Source: Thermoplasmata archaeon
Lineage (GTDB): Archaea > Thermoplasmatota > SW-10-69-26 > JACQPN01 > JAJPHT01
NCBI GenBank assembly: GCA_034667685.1
Contig: JAXDQU010000050.1
Coordinates: 1 to 64,000 of the forward strand
Reading direction: 5' to 3'
DNA length: 64,000 bases
The notes beneath the pieces were generated by a model. That model worked only from the letters and a program-made list of their open reading frames with translations. It made no database searches and had not been told where the DNA came from. Of the stretch, positions 47,001 through 57,395 are shown in pieces. Position numbers and translations under genes: made by a program. The stretch's first letter is position 1, and each line of letters begins with the position of its first letter.

Positions 47001-47865
47001 GGCGGAACTGCGTCCCCAGCGTGGACCCGTCGAGGCTGGGCACCGGGCCGGAGAGCAGGCCGTCCATCGCGACGGCGATGACGGGCTTGTTGGACGTGAC
47101 CTCGATGAGCGCGGGGTCGCTGCTCACGTCGAGCTCGCGGAAGTCGGACGCGTTGAGCGAGAGCGGGTTGTGCACGGGGCTGTCGGGCGCCGTCTCGATG
47201 GGCGTCGGGTGGCCGAACTGGTAGGCCTGCACGAGCGCGCTGGTGCCGTCGTCGATCGCGAAGATGCCCACCTTGCCCGCGGTGCCCACGAGGTGCGTGC
47301 CCTTGGTGATCCAGTAGGCGGCGTCGAGGGGCGCGACCTGCGCGGGCGTGTAGTCCGCCGCGGGCTTCTGGCCGTTCTGCTTCGTGTCCAGGTAGATCAT
47401 GAACGCGCGCGTCTGGCCCGCCTTCGTCGCGCCCGGCATTACCCAGTCGACGTGGAACGCGGGGGTGAGCGCGCGATCATAGGGCGCGTTGCCCGCGAGC
47501 ATGCCCGGGGTCGCGCGCGAGGGGACCTCGCCCACGATGAGGCCGTCGGTGGAGGCGCCGGTGCCCAGCGAGCGGTACTCGACGACGCGGACCGAGGCCT
47601 CGTCGAAGTCGAACTCGTGGAGGAGCGACGTCGCGCCCTGCGCCGAGGCGGGCCAGCCCGCGGCCCCGAGCAGCGAGCGCAGGTCGAGGTCCTCGCGGAC
47701 GGCCGCGTCGTGCATCGCGACGGAGAGGTTGTTGCGGGCCAGGACGGGGATGCGCAGGTGCCAGCCCGCGTTCATGTCCCGGTCGCCCCACCACGAGGGG
47801 TAGCTCGCCTGGGCGCCGACCACCGGAGGAAGGAGGATCGCGGCGACGAGGAGGAGCGCGATCAC
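44065..47865 (-). CDS. Large surface protein (1266 aa): IgGFc-binding-like region, COG1470/NEW3 repeats, sorting signal
   Basis: GTG 47865 overlapping the upstream TGA; IEVTSNKPV, IHATKPV; V.N.G...D / P.GW repeats; APDVS-TM-RRARR. Confidence 0.85.
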   Translation of the reverse strand: MIALLLVAAILLPPVVGAQASYPSWWGDRDMNAGWHLRIPVLARNNLSVAMHDAAVREDLDLRSLLGAAGWPASAQGATSLLHEFDFDEASVRVVEYRSLGTGASTDGLIVGEVPSRATPGMLAGNAPYDRALTPAFHVDWVMPGATKAGQTRAFMIYLDTKQNGQKPAADYTPAQVAPLDAAYWITKGTHLVGTAGKVGIFAIDDGTSALVQAYQFGHPTPIETAPDSPVHNPLSLNASDFRELDVSSDPALIEVTSNKPVIAVAMDGLLSGPVPSLDGSTLGTQFRLPPAESNGFWVYAPQGTATLSIDGSTTTLTPGAPLTSIPATTPPQQHVVSSDAPVLVLAIPQWSTFAQWPALDGAPVGPRLVGPLYQAQAHSGATRTNQPPCEPGIHRVTERGAVLSIGGDGYARGRDALTGDARQPLDATGRVDPSAALASPTTPWLVRDDGAPCPLVVYATPSASESTLDERATLASFTATIPSSAGHGAAITAVGGVGGTSFSTLTSQTVVGLYDATRVHVAGGGLSATDASLGANDLTNVAWPESGAATIHATKPVVLVPSLPGGFFAGLDDSITPWVQGPLQYRGYLVSLKPGGGLAEPLVGSTGPGTPIVYPLIVQNLAKDSGGNGVPDTIHLAVTPLPAGWSAVFSDTDVRLAGGASRAVTLTVTPPADAHEGERAVVELSAASAGNPDMVDRMRATTIVRATRAVDAWFDGEGGPKAKNVAYGKGENKTLTLVVKNTATIPDDIIVRALPGSPEWGATFADGTRIASLHLDPDQTATLPVLTSAPAGGGSATQLELVAESAHDASAAAQVTATLRALADLHIELDANASIVQAQPGESAHFNVTFHNRGDARMGIDINVSGSYEGWGAPTVSARGYNITELLGIPPRSDVTLDLAIPVPADAARAARANLRLSVQTIPQFLGDPVATDALDLVAVAGAIHGLAFQDPSASASVNGHGVASARLALLNGGNGVENVTLVPEQIPRGFGLVMGPPASIPVGQQGQLGVDLQVPSDAPPGPALATFLVQSDDGATVPWSLSVEVPERAALNLTALTPLRATAGLPSLLSVDVENVGNTRLDLSALQIPAPEGWTVAARAEPASLGPGEHALLKVNVTPDAKTDLRAWSLAPAARFASATPLQVAVQRVQLSITTRLEGGAVRATVANAGDADADEVQVVLTRDATVLDRATLHRVRAGGASDAVLALAGPGSYAVSVEAQGPLHAEPAAFEVSPEHRAPDVSVATLCGIGLVAALAFGRRARR

Positions 47866-50800
47866 GCCCCGCGTCGGCGCCACCTCCAGAGGCGTCCGAC
47901 GAGGGCCACCAGCGCGAGGAGCGCGAGCGGCGAGGGGCCGGGGACGTGCTTGGCCGCGGAGCCCACGGCGCCCAGCGGGCCCTGCGGGACGTGGAGCGAG
48001 TCGCCGAACGCGGCCGTGTCGCCGCCGTGCGCGCCGTGCGGGTCGACCGCGACGACGATGGCGTGCAGGCCGGGCGTCGCGTTCCACGCCAGGTGCACGA
48101 GGCCCGACTCGGCGGGCGCGAGGTCGACCTTCTGGAGCGCGACGAGCGCGCCGTCGACGTAGAGCTCGACGGGGAGCCCGCGGAGCGCGTCGTCGCCGTC
48201 GTTGCGCACCTGGACCGCGTAGTCCACGAGCCCGCCCGCGCTGGGCGTGCCGGTGGCGCGCGTGACGTTGACGAGCGTCGCCTTGCCGGCGCGCAGGTCG
48301 AGCGAGAGCGGCGTGAGGTTCGCCAGCAGGCTGCCCGCGCTGGTCGCGGCCGGGTCGATCGCGCCCACGAGGGGCTGGTACATGCCGGGCTGGAGCCCGT
48401 CGGGCAGCTCGATCGTGAGGTTGAACGCGGCGCGGTCGCCCGGCGCGAGGCGCACGTTGGGCTGGTCGAACGTGGCGCGGGCGCCCGCGGGCAGGCCGTA
48501 GGCGCGCGGCTCGCGGACGGAGTCGTGGTTGCCGCTGAACGTGACGCCCAGCGCGTAGTGGATGGTGCGGCCCGCGGCGCTCACGCCCACGACGTCGAGG
48601 CGCGTCTCGCCCCACGGCTCCACCTGCGCGGAGACGGGCGCGTCGCCCAGCGTGGCCGCGTCCTGGCGCACCACGAGGCGCGCGTCCACGAGGCCCGGCT
48701 GCGTCGAGGCGGGAAGCTCGCCCACGATGGTGATGGGCGCCGAGTCGCCCGGCGGGACGTCGGGCGCGGCGATCTGGCCGAGCACGTGGCCGGCGGCGTC
48801 CTCGAGCAGCACGTCGCCCGAGAGCGGCGTGTTGCCGGTGTTGAGGAGCTGCGCGTCGACGCGGAGCGCCTGGGGCGGGCCCGCGGCGCGGTACACGATG
48901 GCGTCGGCGCCGGGGTGCGCGGCGACCGCGACGTCGAGCGTGCGCTGCGCGACGCGGCCCTGCGCGGTGGCTGCCAGCACGAGGCGCGCCTGGCGCGCGG
49001 GCTCGCTGGGGCCGGGCGTGATCGTCAGCGTGATCGCGCGCGACTCGCTGGGCGCCAGCGCCACCTTCGCGAGCGAGAGCGTGGCCGCGGGCGCGTCGCC
49101 CGTCGCGGTCACCGTCAGGAGCTGCGGGTAGGGGCCGGTGTTGACGAGCTGGACGGGCACGTCGAGCGGCACGCCGGGCTGGAGCGTCAGGTTCGTCTGC
49201 GCCACCTGGAACTGGATCTCCGGCGGGAAGATCGGGAGGTCGAGGTCGCGCTCGTTGTTGCCCGTGCTCAGCTCCAGGTTGGGCGTCGTGGCCTGCACGC
49301 GGAAGCGCGTGGCGTTGTCGGGCGCGAACTCGGTCGCCGAGACGTCGACGCCCTGGCCGGGCGCCAGCGTGCCCAGCGCCTGCTCGCGCAGCACCGCGCC
49401 GCCCTCGTAGATGCGGACGACGACGTCGTGCGCGTCGGCGATGCCGAGGTTCACGATGCGCGCGCCAAGCTGGATCACCTGGCCGGGGTTCGCCTCGTGG
49501 AGGACGAGCCCGGTGGGCGTGCGCACGACGAGGCTCGCCGGGTCGATGGCGAGGTCGGGGCGGATCAGCTGGATGACGCGGATCGGGACGGCGTAGCCGT
49601 CGTTGGCGTGGTCGTAGTCGACCTCGATGCGGTCCGGGTCCACGAGCACGTGGATGGTGTGGTTGCCGCGGTGGCCGAAGTCGGGGCGCCAGGCGTCCGC
49701 GACGACGGCGTCGACGCCCAGGGGCGCGCCGGCCTGCAGCGCGGGGATCGTCTCCTCGTGCGTCCACTCGGTGAGCCCCGTCGCGTCCTCCGTGATCCAG
49801 AGCTTGACGCGCGTGGGCGCGCTGTCGCGCGTGCCGAGGTTCGTGACGGAGACCGCGATCTGGTGGGGCACGCCTTCCTCGAGGCGGATGCCGGACGCGC
49901 CGGGCTGGCCGTCGAGGGTGAGCGAGGCCGCGAGGTCCGCGCGGGCCAGCGGCGCGAAGCGCAGCGTGAGCGGCGCCAGCACCTCGACGAAGGGCTCGTC
50001 GAGGCTCGTGGCCGCGACCTGCGGTGATAGCACGCGGGAGAAGGAGCCGCGGGCCGCGGGCGAGCTGGCGCGCAGCGTGACGCGCATCGAGGCGCCCGGC
50101 GCGATGGTCACCTGGTCGGGCACCATCTGGAGCCAGCTGCGCTCCGAGGGGTTGAGGTTCGACGCGAGCCGGTCGAGGCTCAGCGAGACCGTCTTGGGCG
50201 CCGCGCCCGGGTTCGTCAGGAGCAGCGGGAAGTCCTTCACCGCGCTGTCGGTGAGCGGGAAGTCGAGGCCCGCGGGCGAGAGCGAGAGCTCGCCGCTGGC
50301 CAGCGTGACCGCGCCCAGGCGCCATCCGGCTCCGTCCCCGTTGCTCACGACGAATTTGATGGTGACGTTCTTGCTCTCGAAGCCGCAGCCGGTGCCCAGC
50401 GCCAGGCGCGTGAACGTCCACTGGGGCGAGGAGCCGCCGGGCGCGTAGCCGAGCACGCGCGTGCAGCCGTCGTCGGCGATCGCGAGGACCGAGACGTTGC
50501 CGTTGCCCTCGAAGCGGGGCTTCGACCAGAACTCGACGGCCGCGTCGGACGTCGCGCCGCGCATGTCCACGAGGGGCGAGGTCAACGAGCCGTTGAACCA
50601 CGAGGTGAGCTTCTTCCCCTGGCCGACCTCGGTGTCGTTGAGGCCGATGAGCATGCTGGCGTTGCCGAAGGCGTGCTCGTCGTCGGTCTTGCGCCACTGG
50701 ACCTTGGAGGTCGTCTCCCCCGGGTTGGGGAGGGTCGCGGGCACCCACAGCCCCGCGTCCTCGGCGAAGTCGGTGCCGTACGCCACGTCGCCGCGGGCGA

Positions 50801-53800
50801 CGCGCGCCTTCAGCGAGGTCGCCGCGATGCCCAGCTCGTCGGAGCGCACGGCGACCGTGTAGTTGCCCTCGGCGGGGAGCCGCAAGGGCGGGCCGCGCAG
50901 GAGCGTGCTGGCGCCGGGCGCGAGGTATGGGACGAGGATCGAGCCGTTCGCGATGCGCGACTTGTTGACGTTGAAGAGATCGACCGCGACGGTCCGGTTC
51001 ACGATGGGCGCCGTGCCCGTGTTCACGAGCGTCGCCCGCAGCGTGACGAGCCCGGGCGCCGGGAGCCAAGGCGGAAGCAGCGTGGCGTTCTGGATCTCTG
51101 CGCTCTGGTCGTCCGCGACCTGGAGCCGCCAGGTGCGCGCGGCGCGCCCGGGGACGTCGTCGGGCGGAGGCGCGAACGCGAAGTTGCCGTCGGCGCCCAG
51201 CGTGCCCGCGATGGCCTCCAGGCGCACGGTGTGGAAGGAGACGGTCTGGTCCGGCGTCAGGCGGAGCGCGAAGGGCACGCTCGATCCGGGCTCGCCCGCG
51301 GGGGCGAGGACGGGCGCGAACGTCGCGGCCGCGTAGCGCGAGCCGGCGGGGAGCACAGCCGTGGAGCCCTCCAGCACCGAGGCCTGGAAGGGGGTCGTGT
51401 CCTGCACGAGGCCGACGCCCACGACGCGGCGCGCGTCGGGGCCGAAGTTGACGAGGGTGCCGCGGATGATCGCGGTCCCGTCCGGCGCCACGTGCAGGGG
51501 CTGCTGCGTGAGCTCGACGCCGAGGCTCGAGGCGTAGCGCGTGCCGGCGACCTCGAGCTGGTCCATGGCGAAGTTGCCCTGGAGCGTGCTGTTGTCGGTG
51601 CCCACGCGCGCGCGCAGGAGCAGGTCGGGCGACGAGAGGACGCGGCCCCGGACCTCGATCTTGGCGATCTCCCACCAGCGCGGCTGGGCGTCGACGGCGC
51701 CGCCCGACCACGCGTGGAAGCCGAGGCGGATCGTCTGGCCCGCGTACGCGGAGAGGTCGAAGCGGTCGACGGCGTAGGGGCCGCTGCCGCCGCTGGGCGA
51801 GGCGCCCGAGAAGACGTACGAGATGTTCCCCGCGCGCTGCTTGTACCAGTTGGGGCCGCTGTTGCCGCTCATGACGTGCTGGTACCACGCGCTCGGGAAG
51901 CGCTGGAACGTGTCGCCCACGTCGGGCAGCGTCGCCACGTAGGGCGCCCCGATGGGGCCGGGAAGCGTGGGGCGCGGCGCCGTCGGGCCGGGAGGCTCGG
52001 GCGCGGCGAAGACCTGCTTCCAGTCGTCCCACTGGCGCGTCGTCCGGTTGAGCGCGGACACCTCGACGACGGCGCCCTGGTAGCGCTGGTTCGTCCACGA
52101 GTCGAAGCCGACGGGGACGTTGGCCTCGTCGTCGAGGAGGTTGTAGCGGTGCGTGAGGTTGAGCGCGACGTTGCTGGAGCCGGCCTCGCCCAGGTCGATC
52201 GCGGGCGAGACGAGGCGCGTGTCGACGTGGGGCGCGACGGTCAGGTTCCAGACCGACGTGGCGAGGCCCTCGTCGTCCACCGAGGGGACGGACCTCCACG
52301 CGGCGGGCGTGGCCGGGATGCTCGCGACGGTCGAGAAGCGCTGGCTCACCCAGCCGCCCGTCGGGGCGAAGATGAGCGGGACGACCGCGCCGTCGTCGAA
52401 CGTGACGGAGCGCAGGTCGACCCCCGAGAGCGCCCATCCGAGGTCGCCGTACAACGAGTCGTAGGAGTAGAACGAGAAGCGGATGCGAAGCGGGTTCGAG
52501 GCGTTCACGTTCTCGATCGTCGTCGAGAGGTGCGACCAGGGCCCGTTGCGCTCGAGGACCTGGATCTGGGCGTCGGGGATCAGGTTCGAGGGCTGGGGGT
52601 TCGGCCAGTGGCCCGGGTGGTCGGGCTGCCAGGCGTAGATCTGATAGCGCGCGCCGGTGCCCTGCCACGAGGAGTTGAGCGTGCCGTCGCGCATGTCCCA
52701 CCACGAGAGCGTGAGCTTGCCGTCGGCCTTCGAGACGTCGAACGTGCCCTGGTAGTAGGGGATGCTGGGGTCGTTGACGTCGACCTTCGTCGTCGAGTGG
52801 GACGCGTAGCCGGACCAGACCATCGTCCCCTCGTGCGCCTGGAACACCTGCGTCTGGTTCTGGAACTCCCAGCGCCCGGTGTCGGTGGCGCCCGCGGGCA
52901 CCATCCACGGCGCGTACCAGCTCATCGGCTTGGGGGGATCGGCCAGCGGGTCGGTCTGGAGCGCGTTGACCGACGTGGCCCCGGGGATCGGCACCTGGCG
53001 GAACACGACGTCCTCGGAGATGCCCGGGACGGTCGCGAGGTCGAACGAGACGGGGACCCAGCCGTCGAGGTTGACGATGCTCTCGTGCGAGTCTCCGGTG
53101 AAGGCGGTCACGGCCTCGTCGGGCGACGCGTTGATGGCGAGCGGATTGGAGCCGACGAGCGCCGGAAGCCCGCCGCCCTCGGGCGTGAGCGGGATCCACG
53201 TCGCGCCGTCGTCGGCGCTGACCTCGAAGCGCGCGCCGTCGAAGCGCGTCTCCAGGTCGTAGCGGACGAAGGCGTTGAGCACCGCCGCGCGCGCGTCGGC
53301 GATGGCGACGGTCGGGCTCATGAGCGAGCCGTCGGTGTCCGGCGGGAGCGCCCCGCTGGTGGCGTTCATCGCGGCGACGCCCTGGGGCGAGCGGAAGCCC
53401 TCGGAGGTTCCCCACACGGGCGTGCCGGTGGGCGTCCAGCCGTCGAGGCCGTCGTCGAAGCTGGCCGCGTAGAGCGCGGTGCGGGCGCTCAACGAGCCGC
53501 GGTAGAAGTTGTCCGAGGGCGTCGCGTCGGGGGTCTGGTCCGCGGCCGCGAGGACCGTGAGCGTGTAGTCGCCGGGCTGGTTGGGCACGACGAACCCGTC
53601 GTCGGACGAGTAGGGCTGGCCGTCGACGCGCGGGTCGAGGCTCTCGAAGCGCATGCCTTCCGAGGAGGGCCAGACGGTCGCGCCCAGCTCGATCGCGGTG
53701 TGGTCGACCAGCGTCGTCTTCGAGCCGGCCACGAGGGAGAGGTCGCGCGTGAGCGTCACGTGCGTGAGCGGCTCGTTGCCGTGGTTGAACACCTGGATCG

Positions 53801-56800
53801 AGACGTAGCGCGGGCGCCCCTCGCGGCCGATCTCCGGGCTGATCTGCGCCTGGATGGCGAGGTCGTTGCGCGTGCGGGCGACCAGCGAGCCGTCGAGGCC
53901 GATCGTCATGTTGTCGTTGAGGTCGTTCTCGTCGAAGTCGGCGCCCAGCGCGCGCACGTGCGCCTGGATGCTGTAGGCCGTGTCCTCGCCCACCGGCACG
54001 GTCCAGGGCACGGTCTGGGAGGCCGTCTCGTTGGGCGCGAGGACGCCAAGGTCGATGGACGTCGAGTTGATCGGGGCGCCGTGGAGCCGCGAGACGTTCA
54101 CGTCCACGCCCAGGGTCAGGGGGAACTGGCCGGTGTTGCGCACGGTGACGTGGATGGGCACCACCGTGTTGGGGCCCACGCCCATGCTCTGCCAGTCGTA
54201 GGGCAGGTTGAGGCTGAGGTTGTCGACCGCGCCGTCCATCGCGAAGACGGAGACGGGCGTCACGCGCAGGTCGCGCAGGAGCCAGTATGCCTGGACGAAT
54301 GCATTCTCGTCGGCGCTCTGCGTGCCCACCTGCTCGGAGGCGCGGAACCCGAGGCGGACGTCGCGGTTCGCGAGGTCGACGCCCGCGAGCATGGGCTGGC
54401 CGCGCAGGTGGAACGACGCGAGGCGCGTGACCGGCGCCGGCATGGGAAGCGCGGCGTTGAGGATGGTGGCGTTCACGATGTTGCCAAGGTACGTGCCATC
54501 GGCATCGCAGAACGGGACCCCGACGTTCCCCACGCATGGGCCGGTCTGGAAGAAGCCGTCATAGCCGCTGATGTAGGTGCTGCTCTTGCGCTCGTCGCCG
54601 CTCGGATTCGCGAGCACGAGGCCGGGCGCGGGAGGGTAAAGACCGCCGTTGCCGTCCGGGTAGATCGGATAGAAGGGCGACCAGGTCCCGTCGTCGAGGC
54701 GGTACTGGAGCTCGACGTATCCGACCTGGTTGATGCCGTACGTGAGCTGGTTCGCGTACACGCCGAACGACTCCCTGTGGAGGAACGTGACGAGCGGGTC
54801 GGAGGCTTCGGTGAAGTGGAGCACGGGCGACGTGAGGCGGTCGGAGGACTGCACGGCCGTCGTCGCGGGCGGATAATACTCGAAGACGGAGGGGCTGCCG
54901 TCGAGCGTGTCGGCGCCGCCAGGCGCGTCACGCCAGAGGGTCGGGAAACTGCCCGGCAGCTGCCCTTTGTCCCAGGCCGCGGCCTCCGCCGCGCTCATGG
55001 TGAACCAGCAGTTGAATCCGGCCTGGACCGGGACGCTCGTGCCGGGGGTGACCTGGCTCGCCTGCGGGGGCGGGAGGGTCGGGTCCTTCCACGTGCACGA
55101 GGAGGGCTGCGCGGGCGCGCCGCCGTCGCCGGCGTTGCCGGTGAGGTGGATGATATCCGTGCGCCAGCTCTCGTCCTTCCCGTCCGGGACGCCCGTGAGC
55201 CGCAGGTCGTCGATGAAGATGCCCGTCTCGTTGGCGAATGTGAACTTCGGCATGAGCGCGGTGGCGCGCAGCTGCATGCCGTTGAGCGACCAGGTGTCGA
55301 CGTAGAGCGAGCTGGGGTCGATGTTCACCGGGAGGTCCTTGCTGTGCCACGTCAGGTTCTGATCCACCTGGCCGTAGGTGGCGGGCGTCGGGTCCACGCC
55401 CACCTGGGTGCTCCAGACCAGGGAGCTCACCGGCAGGGAGCCCTGCAGGAACGAAGTGTCGAACGTCGGATTGGTGTACGTGATGCTCAGCCCAAGCTGT
55501 CCCAGGCCCGAGATGGCGCCTTGGAACGGCTGGCTCTCCATCCAGCGCACCGAGATGCGTAGGTCGTGGTACGTCGCGCCGGAGGCCTGGGTCACGGCGC
55601 TGGGGCCGGCCGTGAGGATGGGGTAGCTCCGCTGCGACTTGTCCAGCGCGGGCTCGTCGGAGTGGCGCGCGACCCACATGGAGCCGGGCACGCCGGGCGA
55701 GTCGTCGAGCGGGATGGGCATCGTGGCCAGCTCCGCGCTCCAGTTGGGGTCGTGCGCGCCGCCGGGCTCGCGGAAGATCGGCGGCGGGGACCGGTGGACG
55801 TAGAAGTGCGCGAGGTGAGGCGTGGGCAGGCTGCCGGGGATCGACGTGTTGAGGGAGAGCGTGTGGAGGCCGCGCGGGGTGCCGTTGAACGGCCACGAGC
55901 GGTTCGCGCGCGCGCCAGGCTCGAGGTGCACGATCTCGTCGTCGCGCGCGACCGTCGTCGTGTTCACGCCGTCGGGGAGGAACGACTCGGTGAGATGGAG
56001 CTGGAGGTCGATGGGCACGTTGCCGTGGTTGGTGAGGTTGGCCATCGCCGTGGCGGTCTGGCCGTCGTCGACGAGCGGCTGCATCGACTCGAGCGTGGCT
56101 TCGTAGCGGATCACGGTGGTCGCGTCGAGCGTGAGGCTGCCCGCGTTGTCGCGGTCGGACGGGTCCGTGAGCGTGAGGTTGCCCTCGGGGCTCACGACAT
56201 CGGCGCGCGCGACGAGCGAGACGGAATTCCCCTCGCCGGGCATGGTGAACGTGATCGGCACGGTCCAGGTGGCGCCGGGCCCGAGCCAGGCGTCCTGGAT
56301 CAGCTGGTCGGGTCCGGCCGCGGCGCCGGCCTGCGTGATGCGGAGGCGGACCCGGCCCGCCGTCGAGGCGGCGTGGATGACGATGACGTGGGCCGTGACG
56401 TTCTCGCCCGGACGCGCGCGGTCGTCGTGGTCGGTGGCGTCGAGGCGGAAGCCGGTGCCCTGCACGCCGTAGACCTTCACGTCCTGCGGGAAGGCGGGCG
56501 CGACGACGCGCACCTGGTCGATCTGCCAGCCGGGCTTGACGCCCGGGGGAAGCTGCGTGAGGTAGTCCGGGTCGGAGGAGGCCTGCGGCGAGGTGGCGAC
56601 GTGGAAGCCCACCCAGATCGTCTGGCCCAGGAAGGGCGTGAGGTCGAACGTGACGGGGGTCCAGTCGGACGCGTTGGTGAAGCCGGCGCGGCCGTCGAGC
56701 GCGTGGACGCTGCCGCGCTGCGCCATGCCGTTCATCATGGCGAGCGGGAACGCCTGCTCGTCGGCGTGGAGCGCGGGGTCGTGCAGGTAGGCGACGACCT

Positions 56801-57395
56801 CGCCGCCGTCCTTGCCGTTGACGAATCCGAAGCGCGTCTGGAACGTGAGAAGGACCGAGCCCTGCTCCGCCGTGACGGGAAGGACGCCGCCCCCGATGAC
56901 GGCCTGGAAGTAGGGCACGTTGGCGAGCGCGTACGCCGAGAGGTCGATCGCGGGCGTGAGCAGCGTGGCGTTCATCTTGCCATAGCCGCCCTTCGCGTCG
57001 GTCATCGTCCAGCCGTGCGTGGCGCCCAGGCCGGCGCGGGAGTCGTTCCGCCAGGGATCGGCGGCGCGCCAGCCGCCCACGCCGCCGACGCTCGCGTTGT
57101 CGAGGTCGTCGAAGAAGACGCTGGTAGCGGTGGTATTCTCGAGCCCCGCGACGCTCAGGTTGTGCGCGCGCAGCGTGTCGGTGAAGCTCTGCAGGGTCGA
57201 GTCGACGAGCGCGGTCGCGTCCTGGTAGGCCTGCCCGACGGTGGGGATCGACGTGACGGGGCCGGCGGTGTCGTTCGCGGTCTGTGTTGCCTGGTCGTGG
57301 AGGTCGCGCGTGGTGGGCGCTCCCTGGGCGGAGCCAGACGGGATGCCCGTGAGCAGCATGAGGGCGACGGCGATCCAGGCGAACGGGCGGCTCAC
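47862..57395 (-). CDS. Giant surface protein (3177 aa): MAM/InhA-like jelly-roll domains, CARDB repeats, sorting signal
   Basis: GTG 57395; repeated L.(T/S)P.IDL...W....FDL...GW.ID.V units; VDP...E....N CARDB ends; VPGPS-TM-RWRRR. Confidence 0.88.
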   Translation of the reverse strand: MSRPFAWIAVALMLLTGIPSGSAQGAPTTRDLHDQATQTANDTAGPVTSIPTVGQAYQDATALVDSTLQSFTDTLRAHNLSVAGLENTTATSVFFDDLDNASVGGVGGWRAADPWRNDSRAGLGATHGWTMTDAKGGYGKMNATLLTPAIDLSAYALANVPYFQAVIGGGVLPVTAEQGSVLLTFQTRFGFVNGKDGGEVVAYLHDPALHADEQAFPLAMMNGMAQRGSVHALDGRAGFTNASDWTPVTFDLTPFLGQTIWVGFHVATSPQASSDPDYLTQLPPGVKPGWQIDQVRVVAPAFPQDVKVYGVQGTGFRLDATDHDDRARPGENVTAHVIVIHAASTAGRVRLRITQAGAAAGPDQLIQDAWLGPGATWTVPITFTMPGEGNSVSLVARADVVSPEGNLTLTDPSDRDNAGSLTLDATTVIRYEATLESMQPLVDDGQTATAMANLTNHGNVPIDLQLHLTESFLPDGVNTTTVARDDEIVHLEPGARANRSWPFNGTPRGLHTLSLNTSIPGSLPTPHLAHFYVHRSPPPIFREPGGAHDPNWSAELATMPIPLDDSPGVPGSMWVARHSDEPALDKSQRSYPILTAGPSAVTQASGATYHDLRISVRWMESQPFQGAISGLGQLGLSITYTNPTFDTSFLQGSLPVSSLVWSTQVGVDPTPATYGQVDQNLTWHSKDLPVNIDPSSLYVDTWSLNGMQLRATALMPKFTFANETGIFIDDLRLTGVPDGKDESWRTDIIHLTGNAGDGGAPAQPSSCTWKDPTLPPPQASQVTPGTSVPVQAGFNCWFTMSAAEAAAWDKGQLPGSFPTLWRDAPGGADTLDGSPSVFEYYPPATTAVQSSDRLTSPVLHFTEASDPLVTFLHRESFGVYANQLTYGINQVGYVELQYRLDDGTWSPFYPIYPDGNGGLYPPAPGLVLANPSGDERKSSTYISGYDGFFQTGPCVGNVGVPFCDADGTYLGNIVNATILNAALPMPAPVTRLASFHLRGQPMLAGVDLANRDVRLGFRASEQVGTQSADENAFVQAYWLLRDLRVTPVSVFAMDGAVDNLSLNLPYDWQSMGVGPNTVVPIHVTVRNTGQFPLTLGVDVNVSRLHGAPINSTSIDLGVLAPNETASQTVPWTVPVGEDTAYSIQAHVRALGADFDENDLNDNMTIGLDGSLVARTRNDLAIQAQISPEIGREGRPRYVSIQVFNHGNEPLTHVTLTRDLSLVAGSKTTLVDHTAIELGATVWPSSEGMRFESLDPRVDGQPYSSDDGFVVPNQPGDYTLTVLAAADQTPDATPSDNFYRGSLSARTALYAASFDDGLDGWTPTGTPVWGTSEGFRSPQGVAAMNATSGALPPDTDGSLMSPTVAIADARAAVLNAFVRYDLETRFDGARFEVSADDGATWIPLTPEGGGLPALVGSNPLAINASPDEAVTAFTGDSHESIVNLDGWVPVSFDLATVPGISEDVVFRQVPIPGATSVNALQTDPLADPPKPMSWYAPWMVPAGATDTGRWEFQNQTQVFQAHEGTMVWSGYASHSTTKVDVNDPSIPYYQGTFDVSKADGKLTLSWWDMRDGTLNSSWQGTGARYQIYAWQPDHPGHWPNPQPSNLIPDAQIQVLERNGPWSHLSTTIENVNASNPLRIRFSFYSYDSLYGDLGWALSGVDLRSVTFDDGAVVPLIFAPTGGWVSQRFSTVASIPATPAAWRSVPSVDDEGLATSVWNLTVAPHVDTRLVSPAIDLGEAGSSNVALNLTHRYNLLDDEANVPVGFDSWTNQRYQGAVVEVSALNRTTRQWDDWKQVFAAPEPPGPTAPRPTLPGPIGAPYVATLPDVGDTFQRFPSAWYQHVMSGNSGPNWYKQRAGNISYVFSGASPSGGSGPYAVDRFDLSAYAGQTIRLGFHAWSGGAVDAQPRWWEIAKIEVRGRVLSSPDLLLRARVGTDNSTLQGNFAMDQLEVAGTRYASSLGVELTQQPLHVAPDGTAIIRGTLVNFGPDARRVVGVGLVQDTTPFQASVLEGSTAVLPAGSRYAAATFAPVLAPAGEPGSSVPFALRLTPDQTVSFHTVRLEAIAGTLGADGNFAFAPPPDDVPGRAARTWRLQVADDQSAEIQNATLLPPWLPAPGLVTLRATLVNTGTAPIVNRTVAVDLFNVNKSRIANGSILVPYLAPGASTLLRGPPLRLPAEGNYTVAVRSDELGIAATSLKARVARGDVAYGTDFAEDAGLWVPATLPNPGETTSKVQWRKTDDEHAFGNASMLIGLNDTEVGQGKKLTSWFNGSLTSPLVDMRGATSDAAVEFWSKPRFEGNGNVSVLAIADDGCTRVLGYAPGGSSPQWTFTRLALGTGCGFESKNVTIKFVVSNGDGAGWRLGAVTLASGELSLSPAGLDFPLTDSAVKDFPLLLTNPGAAPKTVSLSLDRLASNLNPSERSWLQMVPDQVTIAPGASMRVTLRASSPAARGSFSRVLSPQVAATSLDEPFVEVLAPLTLRFAPLARADLAASLTLDGQPGASGIRLEEGVPHQIAVSVTNLGTRDSAPTRVKLWITEDATGLTEWTHEETIPALQAGAPLGVDAVVADAWRPDFGHRGNHTIHVLVDPDRIEVDYDHANDGYAVPIRVIQLIRPDLAIDPASLVVRTPTGLVLHEANPGQVIQLGARIVNLGIADAHDVVVRIYEGGAVLREQALGTLAPGQGVDVSATEFAPDNATRFRVQATTPNLELSTGNNERDLDLPIFPPEIQFQVAQTNLTLQPGVPLDVPVQLVNTGPYPQLLTVTATGDAPAATLSLAKVALAPSESRAITLTITPGPSEPARQARLVLAATAQGRVAQRTLDVAVAAHPGADAIVYRAAGPPQALRVDAQLLNTGNTPLSGDVLLEDAAGHVLGQIAAPDVPPGDSAPITIVGELPASTQPGLVDARLVVRQDAATLGDAPVSAQVEPWGETRLDVVGVSAAGRTIHYALGVTFSGNHDSVREPRAYGLPAGARATFDQPNVRLAPGDRAAFNLTIELPDGLQPGMYQPLVGAIDPAATSAGSLLANLTPLSLDLRAGKATLVNVTRATGTPSAGGLVDYAVQVRNDGDDALRGLPVELYVDGALVALQKVDLAPAESGLVHLAWNATPGLHAIVVAVDPHGAHGGDTAAFGDSLHVPQGPLGAVGSAAKHVPGPSPLALLALVALVGRLWRWRRRGA

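Noticed and set aside
47866-54537. 3490-aa ORF from the track
   Set aside because: The first 2224 or so codons are an Arg/Pro-rich shadow frame overlapping the 47862 gene; the real protein starts at GTG 47865 with a signal peptide
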